A stretch of 64,000 nt of DNA. It comes from Waterburya sp. (GTDB lineage Bacteria > Cyanobacteriota > Cyanobacteriia > Cyanobacteriales > Xenococcaceae). The DNA lies in assembly GCA_965217895.1 (NCBI GenBank), contig CBDCJV010000002.1:160001-224000 (forward strand), in the 5' to 3' direction. This document shows, one piece after another, positions 50,914-61,779 of the stretch (within the stretch, counting starts at the first letter, position 1; each line of letters opens with the position of its first letter). Under the pieces are notes generated by a model that ran no database searches, was not told where the DNA came from, and worked only from the letters and a program-made list of their open reading frames with translations. The position numbers were made by a program, and so were the translations under genes.

Positions 50914-51696
50914 TCAAACATAACAAATAGGAACAACATCTAGGAATTTCTCACCATTCATAGCTAACCTTAAAGGGCAATCTTTAGTAGGCCAGTGACT
51001 ACGATCTTCATAGACATATAGCTGATGCTTGGCGGGTAAGCTATCTGAGTTAATTTGCTCAACTCGACTAAAGTGAGCTTTATAACGTTCAAAGTATTCT
51101 AAGCCAGGGGCGCGGACGTGATATTCTTCTTGAGGATTGGGTTCGGGATATTCAATGGTTTGCTCTGCCACTAAAGGTACAGGTAAGATGGCAATTCCTT
51201 TGGGTTTTAAAATACGATGAATTTCGGCGATCGCTTTTAAATCATCAGGAATATGTTCTAAAACGTGAGAAGCAAACACAAAATTGTAGCTTTGATCGGC
51301 AAAAGGCAGATTTTGGATATCTACCTGATGATCTACCTCTGGCATATAAAGATCGGCTGTTTCGTATCTGCCAAATTTATTAGCAAAGTAACCTCGGAAA
51401 AAATTCTCAGGCGCAAAATGAAGCATACTCAAAGTTGAAGTATCGAACTTTGATAATAAGCGATCAATTACTAAATATTGAATACGATGTCTTTCTAAAG
51501 CTCTACATTTAGGACATTGTGCGTGCTTGCGGTAGGCAACAGTAGCTTTCAAATCTTTAAAAGCACCAGTATAGTTACAGACTGGACAATTAAATTGTTC
51601 TTTGTTGAGATTTTGTAATTTAAAGATCCAAGATTTAACTTCTTTTTTTAATTCTCTTGCTTGGTTTTTTGGATTCATGATCTTGGCAAGTCGCAA
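50914..51696 (-). CDS. Class I SAM-dependent methyltransferase
   Basis: CPVC/CPKC N-terminus, LHFAPE, SHVLEHIPDD, RILKPKG. Confidence 0.85.
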   Translation of the reverse strand: MRLAKIMNPKNQARELKKEVKSWIFKLQNLNKEQFNCPVCNYTGAFKDLKATVAYRKHAQCPKCRALERHRIQYLVIDRLLSKFDTSTLSMLHFAPENFFRGYFANKFGRYETADLYMPEVDHQVDIQNLPFADQSYNFVFASHVLEHIPDDLKAIAEIHRILKPKGIAILPVPLVAEQTIEYPEPNPQEEYHVRAPGLEYFERYKAHFSRVEQINSDSLPAKHQLYVYEDRSHWPTKDCPLRLAMNGEKFLDVVPICYV

Positions 51697-51739
51697 ATTT
51701 GAGTTAAAAGTAATTTACGCTATTTTGACTTGATTTATA

Positions 51740-51933
51740 GGCGTTGCTGATTTGAATTATGAAACCGAGAAGTAATCTGTTCGTAGCTATCAGCTATCAG
51801 CTATCAGCCATTGGTGACAAGTTAAGAAAAAGCAATATTAGTCAACTTCTTGGTGCATTCGCTCTTTGCTGGAAACCAACAAGAGCGCGATGTACAGCTA
51901 CTACATATAGCGTCTTTTGTTTCGGACAACGCC
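51740..51933. repeat. MITE (GGCGTTGCTGA family), opposite orientation
   Basis: GGCGTTGCTGA...TCGGACAACGCC; GCTATCA heptamer repeats. Confidence 0.6.
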
Positions 51934-52178
51934 AAATATGGATTAGGAAGAGTTAGTATGGCAATCGCCATCAGATATTTAAAGTTCATGAACAACAGTT
52001 CAAAAGCTAAGAGCCAATAGCTGAGAGCTAATAGCTAAAAACCAGTTGACAAAAAGCGTAGTCCTTTAACTTGTCACAGATGGCTAATGGTTCATGGCTA
52101 ATTGAAGTGTATTTTATAAGTATGAGAATTGCTGTATGTGAGTTGATTCTCATTTTCGTCTTAAATTAGGGTCAATTT

Positions 52179-53708
52179 GTGTCACAGAATCAGAAATCTT
52201 CACAGACCAAATATCAAAATTACTTTGATACCGATAATTTAACTGCGGATTTGAAAAAGCGATCTATCCGTGGCGGGGCAATTGTTTTTGTTACCCAGTT
52301 TAGTAAGTTTTGGATTCAGATGGGGTCAACAGTAGTTTTAGCGAGGCTACTTACTCCCGATGATTATGGCTTGATTGGCATGGCGACGGTAATAATTCGC
52401 TTTGTGCAGCTATTTAGAGATCTGGGTTTATCTGATGCTACTATTCAGCAGTCAAAGGTCAATCATCAGCAAATTAGCACGCTTTTTTGGATCAACATTG
52501 CCTTTAGTTGTTTGATAGCTTCGATCATAGCTGCGATCGCACCACTGGTAGCTAATTTTTATCATCAGCCAAACCTAGAGGGAATTGTTTTAGCATTGGC
52601 GAGCATCTTTATTTTTAGTGGCTTAAGTGTTCAGCACCAAGCATTACTCAAGCGCAAAATGCAGTTTGCCATTTTAGCTAAAATCGAAATTATTTCTCTG
52701 ATTTCAGGGGTGAGTGCTGCTATTGTTTCCGCAGCTATGGGGGCTGGTTACTGGGCATTAGTCATTTTACAGTTAGCAACGGTTATAGCCAATACCTTCT
52801 GTGTCTGGATTTACTGTGACTGGCGACCTAGTTTGCCTAGTCCCAGGGCTGATATTGGTTCGATGTTGGCGTTTGGTGGCAATTTATCAGGCTTTAATGC
52901 GGTTAATTATTTTGCTCGCAATTTAGATAATATTTTAATTGGTCGAATTTGGGGCGTGCAGCCTCTAGGTATCTATGAAAGAGCTTATCAGCTAATTTTG
53001 CTGCCAATTCAGCAGATCAACAATCCTATAGGCAATGTGGCAGTTACCACCCTTAGTCGCTTACAAAATCAACCAGATCAATATCGCCGTTATTATTTTA
53101 AAGCTATTTTACTTATTACTACTATAGGTATGCCAATGGTGGCTTTTATGTTTGCCTGTACTAAACCATTAATTTTGGCAGTTTTGGGAGAACAATGGCT
53201 GGAGGCGGTGGTAGTCTTTCGCTGTTTAGCTCCTGCTGCCTTTATTGGTACAATCAACGTAGCCGAAGGCTGGGTCTATCAATCATTGGCGTTTACTGAC
53301 CGTATGTTTCGGTGGGGAATAGTTTTTGCTATCTGTAACGCACTGGTGTTTGTGTTCAGCGTGCGCGGAGGAATAGTTAGCGTCGCGATCGCCTACAGTA
53401 TTTTTATAATTGCGATCAAAATTCCCTCTATTGTCTATTGCTATCACAAAACGCCTTTAAAGCTTGCTGATTTGGTTCGTACAATCTATCGACCTGCTAT
53501 AGCGGCGATCGGCGCAGCAGGAATAATTATGCTTTTTGAACATTGGTCAGTGGTTGATATTCAAGCTGTCGTTAATTTATTAATTTACGCAGTTCTCTAT
53601 AGTTTTTGTTATATTGTCCTCTGGCTGCTTTTGCCTAATGGTCGCTCTACTTTATTAAACATGATCCATATAGCTAAAAACTTAAAATCAGACAAGCAAA
53701 TAACCTAA
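52179..53708 (+). CDS. Wzx-type polysaccharide flippase
   Basis: VLARLLTPDDYGLIGMA, DLGLS, NLDNILIGR, multi-TM. Confidence 0.88.
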   Translation: MSQNQKSSQTKYQNYFDTDNLTADLKKRSIRGGAIVFVTQFSKFWIQMGSTVVLARLLTPDDYGLIGMATVIIRFVQLFRDLGLSDATIQQSKVNHQQISTLFWINIAFSCLIASIIAAIAPLVANFYHQPNLEGIVLALASIFIFSGLSVQHQALLKRKMQFAILAKIEIISLISGVSAAIVSAAMGAGYWALVILQLATVIANTFCVWIYCDWRPSLPSPRADIGSMLAFGGNLSGFNAVNYFARNLDNILIGRIWGVQPLGIYERAYQLILLPIQQINNPIGNVAVTTLSRLQNQPDQYRRYYFKAILLITTIGMPMVAFMFACTKPLILAVLGEQWLEAVVVFRCLAPAAFIGTINVAEGWVYQSLAFTDRMFRWGIVFAICNALVFVFSVRGGIVSVAIAYSIFIIAIKIPSIVYCYHKTPLKLADLVRTIYRPAIAAIGAAGIIMLFEHWSVVDIQAVVNLLIYAVLYSFCYIVLWLLLPNGRSTLLNMIHIAKNLKSDKQIT

Positions 53709-53784
53709 AACAATACATATTTTTTTGTATTATTAACTTTAATCATCAATTTAAATACTTTCAGATTAACCATAACAAACTGAT

Positions 53785-54552
53785 ATGACTAGCTCTATTG
53801 AAGTTAAAGAATTTTATGATAATTTTACTAATACCAGAATGCTGCAATACAAGCTGTATGGTAATTTGCGTCTAGAAAAAGCAATTAGATTGATTACCAA
53901 TTATTCAACTCCTAATAGTAATGTTCTCGATCTTGGCTGTGGCATTGGTATTGTCCCCCAACAAGTAGCTAATAAGTTAGATCGGGGTAAAATTTTGGCT
54001 TGTGATTTGGGAGAAAATAATATTAAATACGCTCAACAGACTGTTAAGTCAAATAAAATTGAGTTTTTGAACGTTAATATTATTGAAAACTTTACAGAAA
54101 TTCGTAATAAATTGTCTTTTCCAGTGGACTTAGTAACTATGGTTGATGTAATTGAACATTTGCCGCCTGAAAGCTATGGTCAACTATTTAGTAATCTAAG
54201 TCAAGTAACAAGCGATCGCGCTAAACTAATTTTGACTTATCCCAGTCCTGAATATCAGCTTTATTTACAACAGCACGATCCTCAAGAATTGCAAATTATC
54301 GATGAAGTCATCGAAATTAAAACTTTGATGCAGTTTGCTTTGCAATCTGGATTTGGTTTAGAGTACTTTTCTTATATTGATGTTTGGAAACAAAATCAAT
54401 ACATTCACTGTGTATTTAGCAAAGAACGAGCCTGTAATCCCATTACCGAAGTTAGTTTGTTTGCAAAAGCAAAATGTAAAATAAAAGCCTATAAATCAAA
54501 ATTATTGCTGCCTTTTATAAAACGAAAATATAGCGATCAATCTAATAAGTGA
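53785..54552 (+). CDS. Class I SAM-dependent methyltransferase
   Basis: VLDLGCGIG, DVIEHLP. Confidence 0.85.
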   Translation: MTSSIEVKEFYDNFTNTRMLQYKLYGNLRLEKAIRLITNYSTPNSNVLDLGCGIGIVPQQVANKLDRGKILACDLGENNIKYAQQTVKSNKIEFLNVNIIENFTEIRNKLSFPVDLVTMVDVIEHLPPESYGQLFSNLSQVTSDRAKLILTYPSPEYQLYLQQHDPQELQIIDEVIEIKTLMQFALQSGFGLEYFSYIDVWKQNQYIHCVFSKERACNPITEVSLFAKAKCKIKAYKSKLLLPFIKRKYSDQSNK

Positions 54553-54659
54553 TTTAATTATTATACTTATTCCTTTAAGTACCTAAAATTGCTAATTGCT
54601 ATTAATTATTTGTTCGTTAGTGACTTGTAGTATTTAATTTAATTGTCTAAAAATAAGAG

Positions 54660-55904
54660 ATGAGAATTGCGTTTGTAGTAGATCAATTTCCAACTTTATC
54701 TGAAACCTTTATATTAGGACAAATTACAGGATTAATTGATCGCAATCATGAAGTAGATATATATTGTGATCGCTCTGGAAATATTAGCCAAATGCATCCC
54801 GAAATAGAAGAATATAAACTTTTAGAGCGCACTTATCAAACATTTATTCCTACAAACTTATTTGTACGCCTTTTTAAGGCAATTTTCTTATTTTGCTTAA
54901 ATTTTTTTAAAGCTCCCAGAATTTTGCTGCGAGCGATTAATTTTATTAAATATAATCGTTCTAATTATGGAGATCCAGCAGGTTTTTTAAAGCCTTTTTA
55001 TCTGGCTCTTCCTTGGCTGAATAAATCACCCTATGATGTTATTCTTTGCCATTATGGACGCAACGGTTTAAAAGCTTGTTTATTTAAAGATTTGGGTATA
55101 ACTCAGGGAAAAATTGCGGTCGCTTTTCATGGCTATGATATTTCTCGCTATCTAAACATACATGGACAAAATATTTACCAACATCTTTTTAATCAGGTAG
55201 ATTTACTTCAGTCAATTAGTCAACACTGGCAAAAAAAGCTAATCGAACTTGGATGTAATCCTGCAAAAGTAAAGATACATCATATGGGGATTGACTGTCA
55301 TAAATTTAAGTATATTGACAATCAAAATAATTCTTCGATTTGTTTAGTTAGTATTGCTCGCCTAGTAGAAAAAAAAGGGTTGCAATACAGTATTCAAGCG
55401 GTGGCTCAATTAATTCCTCGCTATCCTAATTTGCAATATCAAATTGTAGGTGATGGGGTTTTAAGAGCAGAATTGCAGCATTTAATTGAGAGTTTGCAGG
55501 TTGCTGACAACATCAAATTATTAGGCTGGAAAAAACAACAAGAGGTTGCAGCTATTATTAATCATGCCGATCTAGTTTTAGCTCCAAGTATCACTAGCCG
55601 TGATGGTGATTGCGAAGGTATTCCTGTATCTTTGATGGAATCTATGGCAAAGGGTTTACCCGTAATTAGCACCTATCACAGTGGCATTCCTGAATTAATT
55701 GAAGACGGTATGTCAGGATATTTGCTACCAGAACGAGATATTGACCAATTAGCTAATAAAATAGAGCATTTAATTACTAATCCTACGCTTAGAGTTGAGA
55801 TGGGTCAAAGAGGTCGTCAAAAAGTCGTCCAAGATTATAATATCGACTTACTTAACGATCGCCTGATAGAAATTTTACAACAGCTTATTTTAGTAAAGAC
55901 TTAA
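54660..55904 (+). CDS. GT4 glycosyltransferase (WcaL-like)
   Basis: FPTLSETFI, FHGYDIS, RLVEKKG, EGIPVSLMESMA. Confidence 0.88.
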   Translation: MRIAFVVDQFPTLSETFILGQITGLIDRNHEVDIYCDRSGNISQMHPEIEEYKLLERTYQTFIPTNLFVRLFKAIFLFCLNFFKAPRILLRAINFIKYNRSNYGDPAGFLKPFYLALPWLNKSPYDVILCHYGRNGLKACLFKDLGITQGKIAVAFHGYDISRYLNIHGQNIYQHLFNQVDLLQSISQHWQKKLIELGCNPAKVKIHHMGIDCHKFKYIDNQNNSSICLVSIARLVEKKGLQYSIQAVAQLIPRYPNLQYQIVGDGVLRAELQHLIESLQVADNIKLLGWKKQQEVAAIINHADLVLAPSITSRDGDCEGIPVSLMESMAKGLPVISTYHSGIPELIEDGMSGYLLPERDIDQLANKIEHLITNPTLRVEMGQRGRQKVVQDYNIDLLNDRLIEILQQLILVKT

Positions 55905-55949
55905 TTATAGTTTGGGTTGTCGTCTGCATGGCGAAAATAATTACAACGA

Positions 55950-56351
55950 TTAACCAACCCAGTTATCCAATTTCAAATTTGGGACGCGACTAAACTCTTT
56001 CATATTATTAGTAATCAAAGTTACCTTTAGGCTGAGCGCATGAGCAGCAATTAGAGTGTCTAATGAGCCTATAGAAATTCCTCCTTTTTCTAATGTAACT
56101 CTAACATCGCCGTAGATTGTGGCAGCAGTATGATCAAAATCTGCTATTTCTAAAGGCAATAAAAATTGTGCTAATGCCTGTTGATTTTTTGCGGGAAATT
56201 GGCTTTTTTGAACACCAAATTTCAGTTCAGCAACAGTAATGGAAGAGACTCCAACCTCACCTACTTGATATGCGTTAAATTTCTGCAATACTTCTGGAGG
56301 TTTGCGCTTAATTATATAAATGCAGATATTTGTATCAAGTAAAAATTTCAT
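55950..56351 (-). CDS. vapC: VapC PIN-domain toxin
   Basis: LLDTNICIY, DTLIAAHA, LITNNMKEF. Confidence 0.9.
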   Translation of the reverse strand: MKFLLDTNICIYIIKRKPPEVLQKFNAYQVGEVGVSSITVAELKFGVQKSQFPAKNQQALAQFLLPLEIADFDHTAATIYGDVRVTLEKGGISIGSLDTLIAAHALSLKVTLITNNMKEFSRVPNLKLDNWVG

Positions 56352-56398
56352 TCGCCAAGCTAGTTAGATATGCTGGAGGATGCTAATGTTCCGCTAGC

Positions 56399-56632
56399 TT
56401 AAAAGGCATTTTCTCGCTCTTGAGATTCTGGCTGCTGGCGTGGTTCACTCAAAAAATCATCGGAAAATTGTTCTAGGCTATCAAAAAGTGTTTCCCAAGA
56501 ATCTTCATAAGGTAAAAGTACTATTGCATTACCCACCCGTTTAATTAAGACTCTATCTCCAGCAAAACGATACTTTTTGGGTAGCCGAACCGCTTGGCTT
56601 CGACCATTTTGGAATAATTTAGCTGTTTCCAT
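56399..56632 (-). CDS. vapB: VapB (AbrB-type) antitoxin
   Basis: AKLFQNGRSQAVRLPKKYRF. Confidence 0.9.
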   Translation of the reverse strand: METAKLFQNGRSQAVRLPKKYRFAGDRVLIKRVGNAIVLLPYEDSWETLFDSLEQFSDDFLSEPRQQPESQERENAF

Positions 56633-56939
56633 AATTGATTTGATTTAAATATATATTTTTAGTATATATCTTTGGCAAAATTAGAGGAGGCGAAGCAGAT
56701 TGTATTGAGATTTATGGTTTGGAATATCGACTGCGTAGCGAAAATAACTAAAATTTTGACGAACTATAATTTAGATATCAATTATCCATCAACTCTTCTC
56801 CAAGGGTACTGCGACCATAGCACCAAGGATGTAGTGCTTGGTCGCAGGGGAATTGGAGACTAGGTTTTTCTTTTGAACGGTTAATTTAATATTCATCAAA
56901 TCTTTATATACAAAGGGATCTAGCTGTTATACAATCAAT

Positions 56940-57160
56940 CTTGTACCGACGAATAGGTATCTAACGGTGGTCAGCCGTAAAGTTACGACCAAACCTGAAT
57001 TAACAGGTTCTCAAATGAGGAAGGTATCACCTACTTTGGTAAGTGAGTCTGGTAATCCGATTAAACGGAATGCAGATGCAGTAATGTGTCTGAGAATCTG
57101 AAACCATAATTTTTAATTTGGTTTTAGAGCTTCAATGTCCATTGCTAAGTAAGTAGGCAG
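56940..57160 (+). ncRNA. Putative structured RNA, possibly a group II intron 5' fragment
   Basis: Stems ACGGT/GCCGT, AACCTG/CAGGTT, CAGATGCA-GTAA-TGTGTCTG, long-range CCTACTT/AAGTAGG. Confidence 0.35.
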
Positions 57161-57167
57161 AATTAAA

Positions 57168-57428
57168 TAGGACTTACGCACTCGCCCCCTAAATCCCCCA
57201 AGGCGAGCGACCCCCTAAAGGGTTCAACAGTTTGCTCAACGGGGGGAACCCCCGCACAACGCAACTGTCTCACCGCGTCGCCGTCAGAGGTCAGACCCCG
57301 CGTCGCCGTTAGGCGCAAGGGAATGCTGACCTAGCAAGGGAATGCGCGAGAGGGGGACTTTTAATTCTTGTTCCCCCAAACTTGGGGGGCTAGGGGGGGG
57401 CAAAACTCGTTAAACTGCGTAAGTCCTA
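57168..57428. mobile_element. MITE (TIR TAGGACTTACGCA) with nested inserts
   Basis: Perfect 13-bp TIRs; CCCCCTAAATCCCCCAA...TTGGGGGGCTAGGGGG inner repeat. Confidence 0.85.
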
Positions 57429-57486
57429 TTAAATATAAAACCAAATAAGCAAGATTTTACTTCCTACTTTTTACTTTTTACGAAGA

Positions 57487-58608
57487 CTATCTTCTAATTA
57501 ATTTCACCCACCTACTTAAATATCCTTCAATTAAAATATCTGAATCAATTACCTGAGTAGTTATTTGTTTTAATTGCAGTGCTTCTGTCATTTTGCTCAA
57601 GCCCAAATCGCCGACGGGGGATGGTGCAGATGTTCCACCGATGATTTTGGGAGCGATAAATGCCATTACTTTTTGAATTGTACCATCGGCGATCGCCTTA
57701 GCTGCTAATGTTCCTCCACATTCCCATAATATTTTAGATAGTTCTTTTTGATATAGATGTTTCATGACTATTTTGGGAGTGAGTTGAGCAACCTCGATAA
57801 TTTTTACTCCTTTGCTAGTTAGTTTTCTCTGAAGTACGGGGTTGCTGTTTATTTCCGTAAACACCAGAGTTGGGGCAATATCTGTCTGCCAAAGATTGCA
57901 CTCAGCAGGCAGATCTAGGCTGCGACTCATGACGACTCGTAGGGGATTATGTTCTGTCACACCATGAGTAGTTAAGTTGGGGTTATCTTGGCGTACCGTA
58001 TTTCCGCCGATAATTACCGCATCGCAGATGCTTCTTAGCTGATGCACTAGATGACGCGATGCTTTTCCCGTTACCCAAGCACTATGTCCTGTGGTGGCTG
58101 CGATTTTGCCATCTAAGGTCATGGCATATTTAAGTATGCCAAAAGGCTGTTGGTAATTAATACGGTGAATAAAGGCTTCATTTAGCTGACGACAGGCAGT
58201 TTCTTCCACACCGACAATGACTTCTATTCCCGCATTCTGTAGCTTTTTGATTCCGCCTCCAGCCACGCGCGGATCGGGATCTACCATTCCCGCAACTACC
58301 TTTGCTATCTGTGCCTTAATTAAAGCTTCCGTACAAGGTGGTGTTCTGCCATAGTGATTGCAGGGTTCAAGATTTACATATACTGTTGCGCCCTGGGCTT
58401 TTTCTCCCGCAGCCTGTAGAGCAAATACTTCGGCGTGGGGTTGTCCTACACCTGGATGAAAGCCTTCCCCCAGAATTTTGCCATCTTTAACTACAATTGA
58501 ACCTACTAAAGGGTTAGGTGACGTTTTCCCTGCTGCGCGCTGTGCTAATTGTATGCACTTGTGCATCATTTCGGCATCAAAAGCAGATATTTTCTGTTCA
58601 TCTTTCAT
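57487..58608 (-). CDS. ribD: Bifunctional riboflavin deaminase/reductase RibD
   Basis: TSPNPLVG, HAEVFAL, LEPCNHYGRTPPC, KYAMTLDGKIA. Confidence 0.96.
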   Translation of the reverse strand: MKDEQKISAFDAEMMHKCIQLAQRAAGKTSPNPLVGSIVVKDGKILGEGFHPGVGQPHAEVFALQAAGEKAQGATVYVNLEPCNHYGRTPPCTEALIKAQIAKVVAGMVDPDPRVAGGGIKKLQNAGIEVIVGVEETACRQLNEAFIHRINYQQPFGILKYAMTLDGKIAATTGHSAWVTGKASRHLVHQLRSICDAVIIGGNTVRQDNPNLTTHGVTEHNPLRVVMSRSLDLPAECNLWQTDIAPTLVFTEINSNPVLQRKLTSKGVKIIEVAQLTPKIVMKHLYQKELSKILWECGGTLAAKAIADGTIQKVMAFIAPKIIGGTSAPSPVGDLGLSKMTEALQLKQITTQVIDSDILIEGYLSRWVKLIRR

Positions 58609-58620
58609 AGTTAATTAGGG

Positions 58621-58848
58621 AGCGTTGCCGAATATGTAATGCTAAAACATTATTTATTCTAGCCGTTTGCAAACAAGAACTTCTTAAACGCTAATAGCTT
58701 AAAGCTACGGACAGTGTTCTTTTATGTGTCATTACTGTCTTGAACGAGTTGCTCATTGAGGGAAAGCCAAGGCGCGTTTTGAGTGAGAAGTTTCCCACTC
58801 AAAAGCCGCCGTCCCAAGACCGCACTCGTTCGCTAAATCAGCAACGCC
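58621..58848. repeat. MITE (GGCGTTGCTGA family) with a GC-rich insert
   Basis: AGCGTTGCCGA...TCAGCAACGCC; near-TSD AATTAGGG/AATTAGAG. Confidence 0.75.
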
Positions 58849-58937
58849 AATTAGAGCTTACTGAAAAACTTAGATTTGATAAGATATCTGCTTGAAAGCT
58901 AAAAGCTAAAAAGTCATAAATGACGGTGCTTGAAAGC

Positions 58938-60008
58938 TTATGATAATTGTTTAGGAAACCAAAAAGAAAAAGTAGTACCTTTACCGACTTCGGATGCCAC
59001 CGTAATTTGTCCTTGATGGGCATTAATGATTTGCCGACACAGATAGAGTCCTAAGCCTTTGCCAGATCGCCTATGGTTGCCTTGATGGTAGCGTTGGAAA
59101 ACAGCCTCTCGATCCTGTGGAGATATACCAATGCCTGTATCTTCAACCGTAACTAATACCTGAGAGTCATTTTGACCTAAAGATACTTTTACTGTACCCT
59201 TATCGGTAAACTTGATAGCATTGCCAATCAAATTAGTAAAAACTCGACGCAGTTCAAGGCGATCGCCCTTAATTTCTGGCACTTGCGAAGCTATATCCTG
59301 CTTTAGCTCTATTCCTTTTTCAATTGCTAATGGCTGAAGTTCAGTCACTACTTCGACTATTAGCTGCTGAAGATCTACGGGGATAAAGCTCAGGGTTTTT
59401 TGCCCCAATTCATATTGATGAGTTTCTAATAAAGTATTGAGCATTTGTAGCATATTTTGATTGCTGCTGAGGATATTGGCGATCGCTTCTTGCTGCTCAT
59501 CGTTAATATCACCAAATGCTTGCTGCCCAATTAAATCTAACATTCGGTTGGCAGCTACCAATGGTGTCCGAAGATCGTGAGTCAGACAAGATACAAAGTT
59601 TTCTCTTTGGTCTATTGTTTCTTTCAGCCTCAACATAGAGCGCACCCTCGCCTGTAGCTCATCTATCTGAAAAGGCTTGCGCACAAATTCATCTGCACCT
59701 GCATCCAATCCTTCAACTAGGCTAGATTCCTCTCTAGCTGTAACTAACAGTATGGGAATAAAAGGAATATTGCGGTCTTCGCGAATGCGTCGTGTAACTT
59801 CATAACCATCCATCCCAGGCATCATCACGTCTAATAAAATTAAACTGGGAGGAGCTTTTTTGATCTGTTTTAAAGCCGTTTTGCCGTCATGAGCTACAAC
59901 AACTTGATGACCTTCTTGTTCTAGGGAAAGCTGAATTAGTAAAAGATTATCAGGAATATCATCGACCGCTAAAATGTAGTTGCTTTTCGTGGGTTGTGTA
60001 ACAGACAT
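58938..60008 (-). CDS. Hybrid response regulator / histidine kinase
   Basis: REC (LLDVMMP), THDLRTPL, NLIGNAIKF, GxGLGL. Confidence 0.92.
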   Translation of the reverse strand: MSVTQPTKSNYILAVDDIPDNLLLIQLSLEQEGHQVVVAHDGKTALKQIKKAPPSLILLDVMMPGMDGYEVTRRIREDRNIPFIPILLVTAREESSLVEGLDAGADEFVRKPFQIDELQARVRSMLRLKETIDQRENFVSCLTHDLRTPLVAANRMLDLIGQQAFGDINDEQQEAIANILSSNQNMLQMLNTLLETHQYELGQKTLSFIPVDLQQLIVEVVTELQPLAIEKGIELKQDIASQVPEIKGDRLELRRVFTNLIGNAIKFTDKGTVKVSLGQNDSQVLVTVEDTGIGISPQDREAVFQRYHQGNHRRSGKGLGLYLCRQIINAHQGQITVASEVGKGTTFSFWFPKQLS

Positions 60009-60062
60009 TGATTAGTAAAAAATTTTCATAAATACGAATCAATCTAACTAACAATCTCAGAT

Positions 60063-61337
60063 TTAAGCATCATACCTGCGAGGTATTTCTATAGTAAAGG
60101 TCGAACCTTCATTCAGCTTGCTTTCTAGGTTAATTTTGCCACCCATCATCGTCACTAAAGACTGGCTAATAGCCAAACCTAAGCCTGTCCCTGCGTGTTG
60201 ACGGGTGAAACCTTGATCTGCCTGGCGAAAAGCCTGAAATACCTTCTCTCGATCTGCTGGAGCGATGCCAATTCCTGTATCCGTAATGGCGATCGCAATT
60301 TTGTCTGGGTCTAGTTCCCAAACCTTAATTTTTACTGTTCCTATGTCGGTAAATTTTATGGCGTTAGAAACTAGATTAACGATAATTCTTCTAATAAAAT
60401 TGGCATCCTGAACAACATAGGAATCTTTCAACTTTACTTCTGCTGTTAACGCAAGCTGTTTTTGAGCAGCCAAAGAGCATATCTCTTTAATAGATAAATT
60501 AACTAGATTGGCTAGATTGAATCTTTGGGGTTTAATTTCTAGTCTGCCTGCCTCTAGCTTAGAAAAGTCCAGCATTTCATTGATCATATCTAACAAATTT
60601 TTACTGTTGTTAAAAATGCGCTGAATAAGATTTTGCTGTTGCTCAGACAGTGAATTGTCATATTGACGTAATAAAAGCTGAGAAAAGCCCATAATAGAGT
60701 TCATGGGAGTCCGCAATTCGTGGGACATGGTTGCCAAAAACTCGGACTTAAGCTTAGAGGTTTCTTGTAGCTGGATATTCTGAAGCTTAATTTGTTCTTG
60801 CTGCCTTTCTAATTCTTGATTTTTGAACACTAATAATTCATTACTAATCCGCAGACGTTTATTTGCCAATTCAACTGCCAGTTCTGCTTTATGAATCCGA
60901 ACAGCACTATTTATTGCCTTAGCCAAACTTCCTGGTTCAATTTTGGCTTTTGATAAGTAATCTGCTGCTCCTGCCTTCATGATCTCGACGGCAATTTCTT
61001 CATCTCCTTGTCCCGTCAAAACTATGACAGGCAAATATAGACTAAGAGCTTTAATTTGAGACAGTAAATGTAAGCCATCAATATCTGGCAAACGATAATC
61101 GAGTAATACTAAATCAAAACTATGTTCGATATGATTTGAAGCTGAGTTGGAACAATTAGTTGGGACAACATCGTCAGAATTTTGCTTGACCTCTAGCTGA
61201 GATATGGCATCTGCGCCATTTTTAGCCTCAGTCAAACTGGCTGTCAAACCAGCTTTGCTTAAAGCTCGTCTAACCGCTAGGCGATCAACTTCGTCATCGT
61301 CAACCAACAATATAGAAAATCGTTCTTCACTCATCAC
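60063..61337 (-). CDS. Hybrid response regulator / histidine kinase
   Basis: REC (LLDYRLPD), SHELRTPM, NLVSNAIKF, GTGLGL. Confidence 0.92.
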   Translation of the reverse strand: MMSEERFSILLVDDDEVDRLAVRRALSKAGLTASLTEAKNGADAISQLEVKQNSDDVVPTNCSNSASNHIEHSFDLVLLDYRLPDIDGLHLLSQIKALSLYLPVIVLTGQGDEEIAVEIMKAGAADYLSKAKIEPGSLAKAINSAVRIHKAELAVELANKRLRISNELLVFKNQELERQQEQIKLQNIQLQETSKLKSEFLATMSHELRTPMNSIMGFSQLLLRQYDNSLSEQQQNLIQRIFNNSKNLLDMINEMLDFSKLEAGRLEIKPQRFNLANLVNLSIKEICSLAAQKQLALTAEVKLKDSYVVQDANFIRRIIVNLVSNAIKFTDIGTVKIKVWELDPDKIAIAITDTGIGIAPADREKVFQAFRQADQGFTRQHAGTGLGLAISQSLVTMMGGKINLESKLNEGSTFTIEIPRRYDA

Positions 61338-61350
61338 TTATCATTCACTA

Positions 61351-61779
61351 TTATGGCATCTCGCATAAAGTCCAATACTTATTGAGGGCAACCATCACCT
61401 CAGCAAAATTTGAAAAAGTGACTGGCTTGAGAATATAACCAGCAACATTTAGGTTGTAGGCTTCGATTCTATCTCTATCCTCATCAGAAGTAGTTAAAAC
61501 AATTACAGGGGTGCGCTTTAACTTTTCATCATTTCTCAGTTCTTGCAAAAATTCTAGACCATTCATCTTCGGCATATTTAGGTCTAGTAAAATTAATCTT
61601 CTGGTATCTGGTACGGTCGGCTGCCCATTTTGCGATCGCAACATTTCTAAACCCTCTAAGCCATTTCCTGCAACGTATAAGGGGTTAGATATTTTAGATT
61701 TTTTGAATGCCCGCTTAACATTCATTACATCAACCTCGTCGTCCTCCACCAATAAGATATTAATTACTTTACTTTCCAT
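61351..61779 (-). CDS. Single-domain response regulator (Rcp1-like)
   Basis: LLVEDD, LLDLNMPKMNG, VLTTS, YILKP, KYW. Confidence 0.9.
   Translation of the reverse strand: MESKVINILLVEDDEVDVMNVKRAFKKSKISNPLYVAGNGLEGLEMLRSQNGQPTVPDTRRLILLDLNMPKMNGLEFLQELRNDEKLKRTPVIVLTTSDEDRDRIEAYNLNVAGYILKPVTFSNFAEVMVALNKYWTLCEMP

Noticed and set aside
61120..61195. Extra peptide in the receiver domain of the hybrid kinase
   Set aside because: Not GC-rich and no hairpin; looks like an ordinary variable loop
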